Shown here: in pieces, positions 25,090 to 38,721 of the stretch
Layout: the number at the start of each line of letters is the position of its first letter
Numbering within the stretch: position 1 is the first letter of the stretch
Assembly: GCF_006345805.1 (NCBI RefSeq)
Contig: NC_043006.1
Location: 16,988,001 to 17,052,000 of the forward strand
Length of the DNA stretch: 64,000 nt
Direction: 5' to 3'
Origin: Octopus sinensis
Lineage: Eukaryota
Position numbers and translations under genes: made by a program
Notes under the pieces: generated by a model
What the model saw: the letters and a program-made list of their open reading frames with translations, nothing else
The model's database searches: none
Told to the model about the DNA's origin: nothing

Positions 25090-25153
25090 ACTTTTTGCTT
25101 GTCTCAACCTCTTCAGATTTAGTTGTGAGATCAAAGGCCTGCCATGTTGGATT
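25090..25153 (-). CDS. UVRAG: UVRAG coding exon, NPTWQAFDLTTKSEEVETSKK; ends at a U12-type donor
   Basis: Acceptor ttcaattttccag; NPTW motif of the UVRAG C2 domain; 64 nt, phase 0 to 1; donor GTATCCTTTT at 25089-25080. Confidence 0.9.
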
Positions 25154-25272
25154 CTGGAAAATTGAAAATACACAGTAAACAGTATTTTTTCTTTATAAAT
25201 GACAAAACTTAACTGCACATTAAATTATGTAATTAGTGGGAAATTATTTTGTCACAACAAAAACAGCATAAC

Positions 25273-26501
25273 TAAAGGGTGTGTAAGAGATTTGAGGACA
25301 GATTTATGTTTATAAAAAAAAAAACAGATATATAATAACAGATAATTACTTTATCAAAAAATGCTATGAAGATAAAAATAAACCTTCTTTTCTATAATGT
25401 TATTCAATAAAACCACCTTCAGCTTCAACAGTTGCTTCTAAACAAGATCTAAATCATCTATATGCTTGAATCAAGTGGTCTTGGTTCATTTTGAACATTA
25501 CTCTGACTATATCAGCTTTCAAAGAATCTTTGGTGTTATGGGCGTGTTCATTGACCTCTCTCTCAACAACGCTCCACATGTAATAGCCCAATGGATTGAG
25601 ATCTGGGGGAATTATGTGATCAAAATTTTCAGCCATCCATTGCTGTGTTACTAAAGCCATGTGTGATAGTGCATAGTCTTATTGAAACACATATGGCCTT
25701 CCATTGCATACATTGTTTATCCAGGGCTTAACAATTATTTCCAGGACCTCAATGTAGGTGGCAGAGTTAACTTTAAGGCCTTGTGGAAAGAAGTAAGGAG
25801 ACATCAGATGTCGTTTATTGCTGACAACCCCTAAAACCATGACAGTTGCAGGAAATTTTGTATGTATGACACTTGAAACTGCAGAAAGGTTTCCACATAA
25901 CCATCAGTCATTTCTTCTGTTAACTTTTTGATCTTGGTTGAAGTTTTTCTTGTTAGTGACAAACCAAACCAAATCTTCTGCTGGATTTTTCAGTTTGTTT
26001 AAGAGCCTTTTAGATTTGATGTAGTGATTTTCTTTTGCTTTTTCTTACAAATTGACTTTTCCTCATCATATAAAACTTTTATCTGATGTCTTCATGGACA
26101 ACATTTCTGACTGTTCCTTCTGACACATGGAGATCTTTTGCAATTGACTCATGGACTTTCTGGGATGGTAATCAATGGTCTGTTGAACTTGTTGGATAAA
26201 TTCAGGTGTTCTGATGATTTCAGAGCATTTAAAATGCTTTTTATGCTTTGATACTGGTGATATGTTTCTATCTTCAGTCTCTAGCTCCTTACAAACCTTG
26301 TAGACGAAAGATCTGGCAACTTTTAAAAATAGAGATATTTCTAAATCGCTATGCTCAGCCTTTATAGCCACAATAACAGCATGCCACTTCATTTCTTGAG
26401 TAAGCTGAGGATCTGCCATTATTATTTTCTGAAACAAAGACTATACAGATTTAGCAAAATATGCAGCAAAAAATGTCCTCAAATATCTTAGGCACCCTGT
26501 A
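25273..26501 (-). mobile_element. Defective Tc1/mariner-superfamily transposon (maT/DD37D-like)
   Basis: 28-bp imperfect TIRs (TACAGGGTGCCTAAGATATTTGAGGACA at the right end); transposase remnants IRTPEFIQQVQQTI, KNFNQDQKVNRRND, YVFQ*DYALSH, PDLNPLGYYMWSVVE. Confidence 0.8.
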
Positions 26502-26543
26502 CAGATGTGTGTATCTCCTTTGCCACTCGAACACCAATTTTGG

Positions 26544-26852
26544 TTCTTCATAACTTTCTGAAAAATGGCTATTTCTTGATAAAATTTTCTACAAATATGT
26601 TTCAGATGATGATGTAGATTATGAATGTGGCAAAATTTGATGCGGGGTGAAAAAAATTGGAGTGAGGGTTGGATAATTTACACACTTTAACAAAATGTAT
26701 GAGGAAACAATGTTGAGGGGTGTGAATTATCCAACCTCCCCCCAATTTTTTTCTTAATCAAATTCCGACATAATTGTAATCTACACCACCAGAAATATAT
26801 TTGTAAAAAAATGTTATTAAAACATATGTAGTCTTCAAAAAGTTATGAAGAA
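26544..26852. mobile_element. Degenerate long inverted-repeat (foldback) element
   Basis: Arms ttcttcataactt...ggttggataatttacac and gtgtgaattatccaacc...aagttatgaagaa. Confidence 0.6.
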
Positions 26853-28339
26853 AGTCAGTAGGCAGTCATACATGTATTGTTATGCCACAAAAACAATTCA
26901 AATATAGAAAAAGAAAACAACAGTACTTTCAAAAGAAAAACAGTGCAGAAACAAACTAATTAACTGGGAAAGTCTACTAAATAACATATTTGATTTTCAT
27001 CATAGGAAGTAGATCCAAATTAGCAAGGTTTTGCTTTTCAGAGATGAAACCAAGTTGTGCAGTAGAACCATTCTGCAATGTAGTTAAGTCCCTTCTCTGA
27101 CTATCAGCCAAAGATTATTTATAGACTGAAATGATAATGAATAGCTTTGTACTTTTAATATCTGAATCAAAATGCAGACTAGCTTCTTCTTTCATTAACA
27201 CAATATCTTTTTGCATCACTCACACAACGTTTTTGTTCTCATTTTCATTTTGTAGAGTAATTTACATTTTTTGTATTTTTCAAAGAGAAAAGAGAAGTGA
27301 TTATTTATTGTTTCCCAACCAAGTGACTTAGTGTTCAGTCCCACTACAGGGAACTTCAGATAAGTGTCTTCTACAATAGCTCCAGGTCAACCAAAGCCAT
27401 GTGAATGATTTTGGTAGATGGAAATTCAAAAGAGCTCATTGCGTAAATGTATGAGTCACTGTGTGTGCACATGTGTGTTTTTGAGAGTGAATTCATATTT
27501 TCTATTGCTTACACGTGTGTTCACATTGTAAAACTTGGCATATCAGATGGGTTTGTTTGTTTGCAGTCGATTGTAAGAGCATGCTTGGGCTTTTGTAAAA
27601 TGCCTTGACATGTTGCAATCTTTGTAAACAAATGGTTCAGCCAAACAGTGTCATTTCTTTCCAGAGCTCCACATAACCAAACCCAGGCTGTTGGTTGTTT
27701 AACAGAATTGGAAATTATTGCCTTGCTTGGAAACAGGTAGGGGTTAGCATCAAGAAGGGCATCTAACTAAAGAAAAATTCTGTCGCAACATACTCTTATT
27801 TGAGTTATGCAAGCATGAAAAAGCAGATGTTAAAATGATATAAAGCATGGAGTGGATTTAATAATAAATGATACTATCTCTAAAAGACAAAAAGTTATTC
27901 TACTAGATTAAAATAGTAGAAAATATCACATGAATGATAAAAATATGAAAATATTCATTGCTATTTCTTGTTATGTGGTAGAATAATTTTGCTGCACAAC
28001 AGATGCTGGTTCCATCTTTACTAAAGTATGCCTCCACAAGTGAGAAATATTTAAATGTCACTGAATGTGCCTATGTTTAGTGGGTGAAGATCTTACTGAC
28101 CCCTATTTAATTTCACAGTGTTTTCTGTACAATTATGCTTTGTACATAACTTTGACTTAAATTCACAAACAATAAAAATATAATTGTTTATGGCCAGTAC
28201 CAATGACAGAAACATGCAGCTACAGATAATGGATCACTCCCCATCACCTCCAATAAACAAAGCAAACAACAATATAGAATAGTTAGCTGTAAATAGCTGT
28301 AAAGCACACAGTGGAGTTAAAAATAAATGGTACAATCTC

Positions 28340-28550
28340 AAGGCGGTGAGCTGGCAGAAACATTAGCATGCCGGGCGAAATGCTTAGCTGTATTTCGTCT
28401 GTCTTTATGTTCTGAGTTCAAATTCCACCGACGTCGACTTTGCCTTTCGGGTCGATAAATTAAGTACCAGTTGCGTACTGGGGTTGATCTAATCGACTGG
28501 CCCCCCTCCCCCAAAATTTCGGGCCTTGTGCTTAGAGTAGAAAAGAATAA
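28340..28550 (+). mobile_element. SINE family A variant
   Basis: Head aggcggtgagctggcagaaac and Deu/Nin-like core; flanking direct repeat tacaatctc. Confidence 0.8.
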
Positions 28551-29580
28551 ATAATACAATCTCTAGAAGCTTATGCTTTACACATTACAATCATCCATGT
28601 TCTATGCTGGCATAGGTTGGATGGTTTGATATGATTTAATGAGTCCAAGGACTACATTGTGCTTCAATACCTGTTTTGGCATGGTTTCTATGGCTAAATA
28701 CCCTTCCTAACACCTACCACTTTACAGCATGTAATGGGTGCTTTTTTCAAGAATGAGGTCAACATGCAGACTGCATGACTACAAACTCTGAGGTAGATGA
28801 GGGGTTAAAGTATGAGAGAAGGGGCTAGAGCAGAACAAGATTTTTGCTGCAGTGGGGTTACATGGCTACTCACATTTAGAAAAGAGAGTGGGGTATGATT
28901 GGGGTGGAGTGGAGAAGAGATAAAAACTGTGGTGATGAAATTGTCCATGTGAACCCTCAAGGTACAAGGTGAGTAGATGTGAATGGGGTCAGTGAAAGAG
29001 AGAAAATATACATATAATAAACACAATACAGAATACTAAGCCTTAAGTGGATCCAAACTTTTAACCTAAGTTTTACAATAGATAGTAAGTAGTTACTTCA
29101 TTCCACAAAAATAAGAAAAGGAGACAAAGAAGCAAACTATTTTACAAGGTAAAAACAGTAGAAGGAAATTGATGCCATGTGAATGATACAAAATAAAATA
29201 CAATATTAAGTATTAAATAATTAACAAATATAAAAAAAAATTTCAAAATTAGGATGTATGTGCCAGCTGTTGGTCTGTTAAAAGCTACAAGTGGTTGTTA
29301 AGGAAAGCTAGCTAAATCTTAGAACTGAAAGAAACTGGCAACAGATTTATGTTAAGCTGTGTGATTAAGAAGTCTGCTTCCCAATCATGTAGCTTTAAGT
29401 TCAGTTCCACTGCATGGAACCAAGACTAGGGTAGAAAGACTTGCTTGTACAATGAACTCGAACTCAAAATTATGCTGTTGCAAAATAAACTTCATAACCA
29501 CACAGCAATACCCGAACCCATGAAGACTGAAAGTTGCTATTTGAAAGTAATTCTTTCAACATAATGTACTGAATGATTAA

Positions 29581-29980
29581 TCTATATATATAAAGCTGAA
29601 GTTGTCTGTGTATGGCAGGTTTGGTAGCCTTCGACTAACACTATCTCCTCCGAGACCCTGCAGTGCAAATTGACCAAAATTGAGAGTATGATAGAAGAAG
29701 GCTTGCTCTTCCTTCCGTAGAAGAAAAAATTCAAATCAGACCATGTTAAGACCAAAAATTATTTACATCAAAAAGGTGCTTTTTTTTCTATGAAAATCCC
29801 TATTTTTTTAACAATTTTTTTTACTGCTGTGTCGCCATTTTTCAGTGTATTTCAACCAGAAAAATGTTCACTTAAAGAGAATAACAAACTACATAATGCA
29901 AAATTTTTACTTTCCAAAAATTCCAATTCTAAAGGGTCAAAAAGAAATCAAGCTCGAGCAACACTGGGCTATACTGCTAG
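29581..29980 (+). mobile_element. Non-autonomous Helitron-like element
   Basis: A|TC 5' end, subterminal GC-rich segment, CTAG|T 3' end; termini shared with the 61841 and 62319 copies. Confidence 0.75.
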
Positions 29981-32705
29981 TTTAAAATAATGAAATAAAT
30001 TGAACACTTTGTGTCTGTGGAAGTTCCACATTTTAAAAGTCAGTTATTTACCTAGTTGAAAATACAGTGACCATACTAAAATGTAAAAATCATTTGCTTT
30101 CAAAGCAAAGCTTATAATAAACAAGCTATTATTAGTCATTTATCATGACGCTGCTTATTATTATGTTACACTTATGAGCCAATAGTATAACAACAACCTT
30201 TAATCTCTAGATGAAAAGGAAGAAAAGAAAAAAATACAAAACAGAAGCTTGTATTTGTCATGTGTGCCTGCCACATATTTTTGGATGGCATCCTGTTATT
30301 TTGATACAAAACACACATCTGAGCTCTGTATCTGTAAATCACCTCTCTCACAACAATTAAAGTTGTTGACCTGGTTTAAAGGAAATATCCTTATCAATTT
30401 AAATTCATCTGTATGTCCATCAGCCTGGTACTTCATGAATGAATAGGACAACCTGCTTTCAGTTCTCTTAAGTTTGTTCACTGCTTCCTCTTCACCAACC
30501 TAAGAGTTGCATGGCTACTTAATAATTACATATATTTTAAGCAAGTTTTTATGATAAAACTCAATAATGAACTGAATATATGTTATCCTTTCCTTCAAAA
30601 TATTTTTCTATGCAATAACTGCAGATTACGTTTTTTTCCTTCTCATAACTATAAATTATTTTGGGGAGATGAAAATTTGTCATTTTTTAAAAGTATAAAT
30701 TAAAAAGAACACTATCTACCCTCCCAGTAACATTTCTATAAAATCATCATCATCATAACATTCACTTTTCCAGGTTTGCATGGATCAGATGGAATTCACT
30801 GAGGTAGATTTTCTCCAGCCAGATACCCTTCCTGTTGCCAAAATTCACCTGTTTTCAAGCAAAGTAATATTACCCCTTCACCAAGCCTGTTTTTCTCATA
30901 AGATTAGAAACAAATAATACTCATTTACAACAATCATACAATGTCAAGAAAAGGAGATACAAACACACACACATACACACAAACAAACATGACAGGTTTA
31001 TTTCAGTTTCTGTCAACCAAATCCACTCAGATGCTTGAGTCAGCTCAGAGCTACAGTAGAAAACACTGGCCCAAGGTTCTGCACAATGGGACTGAGCCCA
31101 AAACGACATGGCTGGGAATCAATGAAAGCATTTAAGCAAGTGGGTAAATTTGAGCAACATCCCACTACAGCTCATTTATACTAACCAACAAGACTAATAT
31201 AATTAATGAAGTTTTTTACATTTTGCCAAAATTAATTAATAGCAAAAATACTGGTTGTCAAGCATTGGTAGGGGCAAACACTAATCCTAACCTAAAACAG
31301 ATTGAAATGCAATAGATCGATACTAGGGTCATAATTTTGGGTGGACATTAAAGAGGGAATGGTTTTGTTATCCAGCTCTGTTTATGAGTGACCCCTCAGT
31401 TTATGGCCACAGGGTATCTTTTTTCTCATAAATAACGGGGACATTTTCATATAACACCGCAAATAATTGTTGTTGACACACTACGGCAGAAATTGAATTC
31501 ACCTCAATAGACGTCATTGATTGGTTGAAATTGCCGAAATGCAAGAAATTAAACAACAAATAGCTTATAAACTAAAGAATTTTCTCAAGAAAGCCAAGAG
31601 AAAAAGATGTTTTATAAACACATTCTACCAGTATACGATGTTTAAAAGTGTTTATTTTAAAAATCTGATGGTCAAAGTGAAAAGATCCGAATTTTGAATT
31701 ATACTCTCCATGAGTAGAAGTTTTATGAAGTTTATAACAGTAGGCATAGCTGTGTGGTTAAGATGTTTACTTTGAAACCAAATGGTTTTAGGTACAGTCA
31801 AAGTGTAGAGCATCTTAGCTAAGTGCCTTTGCATGGCACCTGTCCTCAAGCCAGCCAATGCCATGTGAAGGAATTTAGTAAATGGAAACTGAGGAATACC
31901 ATTATGAGTGTGCATGTGCGTATGTGGGTATGTATGTATGTATGTATATACACACGTGCACGCACAGATGCATCAATCATTATTATTTTTTCCATGCTAG
32001 CATGGATCAATGGAAAACTAAAACAAATGATAATGTTTGTACAAACAGCATGCATCTTGTTTGCTAAGATTGCATAACATGCCAAGAAGTCTGGACATAC
32101 TTTTGCAAATGTTTACAACTGGAGATTACACATCATTAAAATGAGGGAAAATACAACTTCACTCACCCAATTACACCCCATGTGTGCACAAGTTCACACA
32201 CGCATATGCTCATACAAATTAAGGCATTACCTAACATGACAGGTACAGTGGCCATTTTAATTGCATATACAAAAATATCCACAAATTTTGACACTGTTTA
32301 TTTAAGTAATACTATTGTTTATTGTTTATAAATTACATCCATCGGTAGTATATATTAAGTTTGCTTATTTACCTATCATCCACAGTTCAAAGTCTATTTT
32401 TGTTGTGATTGTGGTTAAAAGCAGTTTAGCATATTACATTACGTTTTTTTTTTAAGTAAAATATTTAAACAAAAAGTAAAGATTAAAAAAAAAACTTGTA
32501 CAGATGTATCTAGTACCTCTTACTACACCCTTTACCCCCAATACCCACATAAAATTTACCAGCCCCTGTCCTTCCCTCAGGGGCTATATTACCCATTTTG
32601 TGAAGCACTGTTTTAGGAGAAGGCATACATAGATTATAGTAGAAAGGATGAAAGGGTAAAGTTGATCTCGGTAGGATCTGAACTTAGAGAAATGATAATA
32701 CTTAC

Positions 32706-32740
32706 TAAAGACCCAGAAATTTTTTCACTGGTATAAAAGG
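32706..32740 (-). CDS. UVRAG: UVRAG 35-nt microexon, (A)FYTSEKISGSL
   Basis: Acceptor tttttctttttacag and donor gtaagt; phase 1 to 0 fits both neighbours. Matches UVRAG EFYRSEVIKNSL. Confidence 0.92.
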
Positions 32741-33139
32741 CTGTAAAAAGAAAAAAAAGAAAAAAGTTATCAAAAGCAAACAATACATAATATTTCTCAC
32801 ATATATAATATATACTTTAAACTGACTTAAACAGGATAAATAAAATTATGTGTTTGATAGCAGATAAGAAAGTTAGCTCATAGGTGTGTCTGACATTTTA
32901 ATAATTTTGATTTTTTTTCAAAGTTATCTTTTTTTTTACCTCCAGTTTATCTAAGGAAAAAATAAAAAGGTGCATTTATGAAATTGTTCTTAATTATTCT
33001 GTGTGATTGGCTGCTTCACAACAACATGAGTTTTAGTTTGATCCTTCATCATTGCACCTTGGGCAAATAAGCTACCACTGTCTCAGATTGATGAATGCCT
33101 TATGAGTGGAATTTGGTAGACAAACTGAGTAGAAGTTGT

Positions 33140-33373
33140 AGAAAGGCGGTGAGCTGGTAGAAACGTTAGCATGCGGGGCAAAATGCTTAGTGGCATTTCG
33201 TCTGCCATTATGTTCCGAGTTCAAATTCCACTGAGGTCGACTTTGCCTTTCATCCTTTCGGGGTTGATAAATTAAGTACCAGTTGAGTACTGGGGTCGAT
33301 GTAATCGACTTAATCCCTTTGTCCTTGTTTGTCCCCTCTATGTTTAGCCCCTTGTGGGCAATAAAGAAATAAG
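33140..33373 (+). mobile_element. SINE family A
   Basis: 18-bp TSD aaactgagtagaagttgt (33122-33139 and 33374-33391). Confidence 0.85.
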
Positions 33374-33804
33374 AAACTGAGTAGAAGTTGTGTGTGTGTG
33401 TGTGTGTTACACCAAAGTATATTGGAAACAAAGCTGAAAAATTGATGTTTTCAAATAAAAATACGTTCTGTGACATTTGTTCTGTCCAAGCTAAACAAAA
33501 ATCCCTTTGTTAGTCTTGCTGTCAGAAATTTAGAGAACCAATGGAAATCAACAATGCTACTGTTCACCATAAAATTAAAATAATAAACTATAATGAATGG
33601 TGAAAATTGCATGAATTTTTATCACCAAAATTGTTAACCTTGCAGTATATATATTATATAAGCATTATTTTTACAGTTTATATGATTTAAAAGAATGACA
33701 AAAAATATTTAGGAATAATTTCATAAGTCAATTAGAAAAAAAGGGAAAAACAAAGCAATAACCCAAAAATCCTGGAATTATTTTAAAACTAAAAGAATTT
33801 CAGT

Positions 33805-34375
33805 ACAGGCATGGCTGAGTGGTTAAGAAGTTTGCTTCTCAGTTACATGGTTTCAGGCACAGTCCCCCTGAATGGCATCTTAGTTAAGAGTCTTCTACTA
33901 TAACCCCAGGGAGACCAAAGACTTGTGAGTGGGGATTTGTTGGAAGGAAACTGAAAGAAGTTTGTTTGCATGCAGGTGTGTATGTGTCTATGTATATACA
34001 TTATTCTTTTACTTGTTTCAGTGATCTGACTGCGGCCATGCTGCAGTACCGCCTTTAGTTGAACAAATTGACCCCAGGACTTATTCTTTGTAAGCCTAGT
34101 ATTTATTCTATTAGTCTCTTTTACTGAACCGCTAAGTTATGGGGACATAAACACATCAACATCAGTTGTCAAGTGATGGTGGGAAGACAAACACAGACAC
34201 ATATATATATACGACGGGCTTCTTTCAGTTTCCATCTACCAAACCCATTCACAAAGCTTTGGTCGGCCCAAGGCTATAGCATAAGACACTTGCCCAAGGT
34301 GCCACGCAGTGGCACTGAACCTAGAACCATGGGGTTGGGAAGCAAGCTTCTTATCACACAGCCACTCCTGCACCT
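33805..34375. mobile_element. Two convergent family C SINEs (about 33805-33990 +, about 34005-34375 -)
   Basis: Family C heads at both outer ends. Confidence 0.7.
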
Positions 34376-35325
34376 ATAGCCATTCCTATTATATATATAT
34401 ATGCACACATACACACATGTGTATGGGTGCATGTGCACATTACTGTCTTTTTGTCTTGACATTGTGTGATAATTACAAATAAACATCACTGTCATACAGG
34501 CTGTATCCATTTCCAATCTTCCATGAAAACATGTCAGGCCAAAAAATAAATATTATCTTACTTGGAAACAAGTGACAGTTGGTAACAGAGAGGGCTCCCT
34601 TCCTATCACAAACTCTCACTCGTTTCCAAGCAGAACACCAGCCTCAGTCACTTTTGTCTACCCCATGCGACCATGGAAAAATGCATGTTAAAATAATGAT
34701 TATGATGATAGATGCATTTGACATCTAAAACTTAATCATGACTGGTTTTAGAAATTGTTTTCAGGAGACAAAAAGAATGGTTTTAAAAATTAGCAGAACG
34801 TTTTGTAGGTTTTAGTTGTATCTATCCTTAAATCCAAGTTCAAATTCTGTTGAATAGATTTTATTTATCTTTACAGTTTCGATAAATTAAGTGCAAGTGA
34901 AGTAATCAGGGAATCAATTTTAATTAACTGCATTCTTCCACCAAAATATTTGGCCATAAGCCTATGCTACATTCACTAACACCATCACCACCGTTAACGA
35001 TGGAAATCCCACTGGAATTGAATTTGTTTCTTCTCATTGTGGTTGATAAAGTGCAAGTAACTAACAATGATTTAATCAACTCTATATTTATCTGTATAGG
35101 ATAATATATTAATGTGCTAAGTATATCAATATTATTTCTTTTCACATGATATAAAGGCCAAACAATATTGGAAACAGAAAAAACATGGAGCAGTGATCAT
35201 TCATAGCTTTCTCAAGAACATCAGAACACTAGAAATGGGCTCAATTGGGGATTGAAAGCACATCATAGTCATTGGTTTGCAAGAGGATTCTTTTTGCTTT
35301 ACACTGCATGTCACAAGAAAGATAT

Positions 35326-35630
35326 TGTTTGTTTTCCTTCTCGAGCCATGCCTGGCTCATAAGGGCCGGTTTCCCGGTTTCTTGGCGTATAGGTTCCCCA
35401 CCTGGACGGGATGCCGGTCCATCGCAGGTGAGCTGCAAGATGCAGGAGGAAAGAGTGAGAGAAAGTTGTGGCGAAAGAGTCAGCAGAAGTTTCGCCATTA
35501 CCTTCTGCTGGAGCTGTGTGGAGCTTAGGTGTTTCACTCATAAACACACACACCGTCCGGTCTGAGATTCAAACCCGCGATCCCTCGACTGCGAGTCCGC
35601 TGCTCTAACCACTAGGCCATGTGCCTCCAC
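35326..35630 (-). mobile_element. tRNA-derived SINE, family D group
   Basis: A/B-box head on the minus strand; 14-bp direct repeat cacaagaaagatat (35312-35325 and 35628-35641). Confidence 0.85.
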
Positions 35631-37589
35631 AAGAAAGATATCAATAATAATAGCTTCTGATTTAGGTACAAGATCATTGTTGAGGAAAGTGATTAGTCAG
35701 TATTTTCAACCCCATACTAGACTGGTACTTTATTTTTATTGACCCCAGAGGGATGAAAGGCAAAGTTCACCTAATGTGTGATTTGAACTGAGTGTAGTGG
35801 GTCATCACAAAAACTGCACAGTATTTCTTTCAGACACTGTAATGATTCTGCCAATAACCACCCTAAAAATATCAATAATGATTAAAAAAAAATGTGATGG
35901 TGTTTTTTAAATTGCATAAAAGTTTAAGAAATAGCTTCTAATAACTTAATGTATTTCACTACAATTTCCTTAGGTTCTTCCTGATAACAAAAGCCACTTC
36001 AGTTTCATCATCATTCACTGTTGTATGCATTCAGGTTAGTCCTCCAGTTTAAAGATACCTTCATCCCTCCCACCTACTAGTCTCAGAGGCCCTGTAAAAG
36101 GCCATGGGCACTGCTGTCCCTCTTGACTTAAAACATATATTGACTAATTATAGGTGCAGGTATGACAGTGTGGAAACATGGTCTTGAGTTCTATCTCACT
36201 GCATGACACCATGGGTGAGCATCTTCCATAGCCTTGGGCCAACCAATGCCTGTTGAGTGGAACTGGTAGAAACCCAATGTGTGTGCAATGTTTACATTCC
36301 ATGTCCTCACGTAAAAGCATTGGGCAAAAATAAAAACAAAAAACCCCCTGAAAACTGACATTTATTGACATTCCCTGCTAACCAAGTGTTCCTTGGCTCA
36401 GGACATTCAAACACAAGTTGAATAAAAACCCATTACCAGAAAAACAGGTAAAGATTACCAACAGGAAGGGCATCTGGCTGTAAAACAAGGCCTCAATAAC
36501 GTGGAAATTTTACCAGTGAGTGTATTCCATAATAAGGCACAAAAAGAAAATGACTCTCCCCAGACACAATAGAATATGAACTCATATAAAGAATCTTGCA
36601 AACCAAATTCAAAAACGTCATATATAATGATTTACCATTAATCTGAAGGATTACCCAATACTTATTAATAGACTGCATACATATGTATATGGTTGATTCA
36701 ATAATTGTGTAAAATTATTTAGTTACATCTCAAGAACAAAGGACATTATTTCATATCAGTCACTGGAGATAAAAACAGTGATCTGTTATTTATATTGAGG
36801 CAATCTCCAGAGTCATAAATGGGAAGTTATAAATGATAAAAACTACTCTAAAGAATGGGAGATGGGGGTAAATATAACACTATTGAGAGATATCAAAAGA
36901 ATATGATGGCAAAACAAAGAAAGAAAAAAGAAACATGATGGAATGGAATGACATACAAAATGTAACAATTAACAGTATTCAGACTTTAATAAAGCACTGC
37001 TAGGAGTTACCAACATAAAACCAGCACTTTAAAGAAAGGGTAAAACTAAAAGATAAAAATTTACCATGGACTAGATTCTCAAATTGTTTTTGATCTTGGA
37101 TAACCTTAGTAATTTAAATTACTCTGTTTATCATACTGACATTAGAAATGTTATTTCGAATTAAACCAAAGAAAATTGTAAAATCAAGCTCTTTTATCTT
37201 TTACTCATTTAATTTATTGGATTTTGGCCATGCTGGGACACAACTTGAAGGGTTTTAGTCCAACAATTCAACCCTGATACTTAACGATTTTTGAAGTCTG
37301 GTACTTATTCCACCAGTCTCTTTTGCTAAACCACTAAGCTATAGAGACAAGCAAACTAACCAGTTGTCAAGTGGTAGGGGAACACACACATACGTATATA
37401 CATAAGGTACAAACACTCACATAAATGCATACACACATATGTATGACAGGCTTCTTATGAAGGTGATGCTTCACCTGATGTCAAATTTTGGTGGAAGAAA
37501 GTTTTAATTTGGATCACTTTAAAACGTGAAATTTGCTTCATTAAGCCAGGAGTGGTCTCAGGTGAGTTGGTATCAAAATGGTTAAATGA

Positions 37590-38036
37590 TGACTGGCATC
37601 CATGCTAGCAGGGTGCAAAAAGCACCATACGAATGTGATCGTTGACAGAGTGGCTAACCGGCTTCCGTGCTGTGGCACATAAAAGGCACCATCCGAGCAT
37701 GATCGTTGCCAGAGCGGCTAACTGGCTTCCGTTCCGGTGGCACGTAGAAGAGTGTGATCGTTGCCAGTGTTGCCTTACTGGCACCTGTGCTGGTGACATG
37801 TGTAAAAAGATTCGAGCAAGGTCGTTGCCAGTACCGCCTGACTGGCCCCCATGCCGGTGGCACGTAAAAAGCACCCACTACACTCTCAGAGTGGTTGGCA
37901 TTAGGAAGGGCATCCAGCTGTAGAAACTCTGCCAGATCAAGATTGGAGCCTGGTGCAGCCATCTGGTTCGCCAGCCCTCAGTCAAAATCGTCCAACCCAT
38001 GCTAGCATGGAAAGCAGACATTAAACAATGATGATA
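37590..38036 (+). mobile_element. SINE family B (long copy) nested in a MITE
   Basis: Several degenerate internal units and (GAT)n tail. Confidence 0.8.
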
Positions 38037-38721
38037 AGAAGGATACATTGTACAATGAAGTCCTTGATAAGGAAGGTTACAGCTAGAACACCTTTGATCG
38101 TAAGTCACCTTCATCAAGGGAGACCTGAAGCTAAACAACAACTATACACGAAAAGTTTTAGTGAAAATAATAAAAATATGAATTAAATATAATTTACAAC
38201 CAACGATAAAAATAACATCTAAGAACAAATTTCTACTGTAATACTAATTAAGCTGAAACCTAGCAGCCAATACATTCCCTAAGTAATAGTATAGTAATTA
38301 AAGAAAACACACGCTCGTTAAATGAAATGCTCAAGTAAATCAGTGTGTTCTTATCCCATGGGCAAAAAAGCAATGCTTAAAATTATGTATTAATATCACA
38401 AAATTTTTTAAAGGAATTTTAAGAATTCAGAATTAAAATAAATCTAAATGCTTGTAGGTGTAGGTATGAGATTACAAATGAGAAAACATGTACTCAGTAC
38501 AAAAACAAAAGTACAAATATTTTAGTGAATACTACTCAAAAGTTCCATGTTTGTTGCTGTGTAAGCAACAGCACACACAAAACTGAATAGTAACACAGAG
38601 TAACATCAGTACTACAATATATAGGGGAGGTGTTGACTAGAGTTGACCAACACCTTGAGAGTGGAATTGGTAGATGGAAACAGCAGGAAGTTCCTATATA
38701 TATGCATGTGCGTGTATTATA

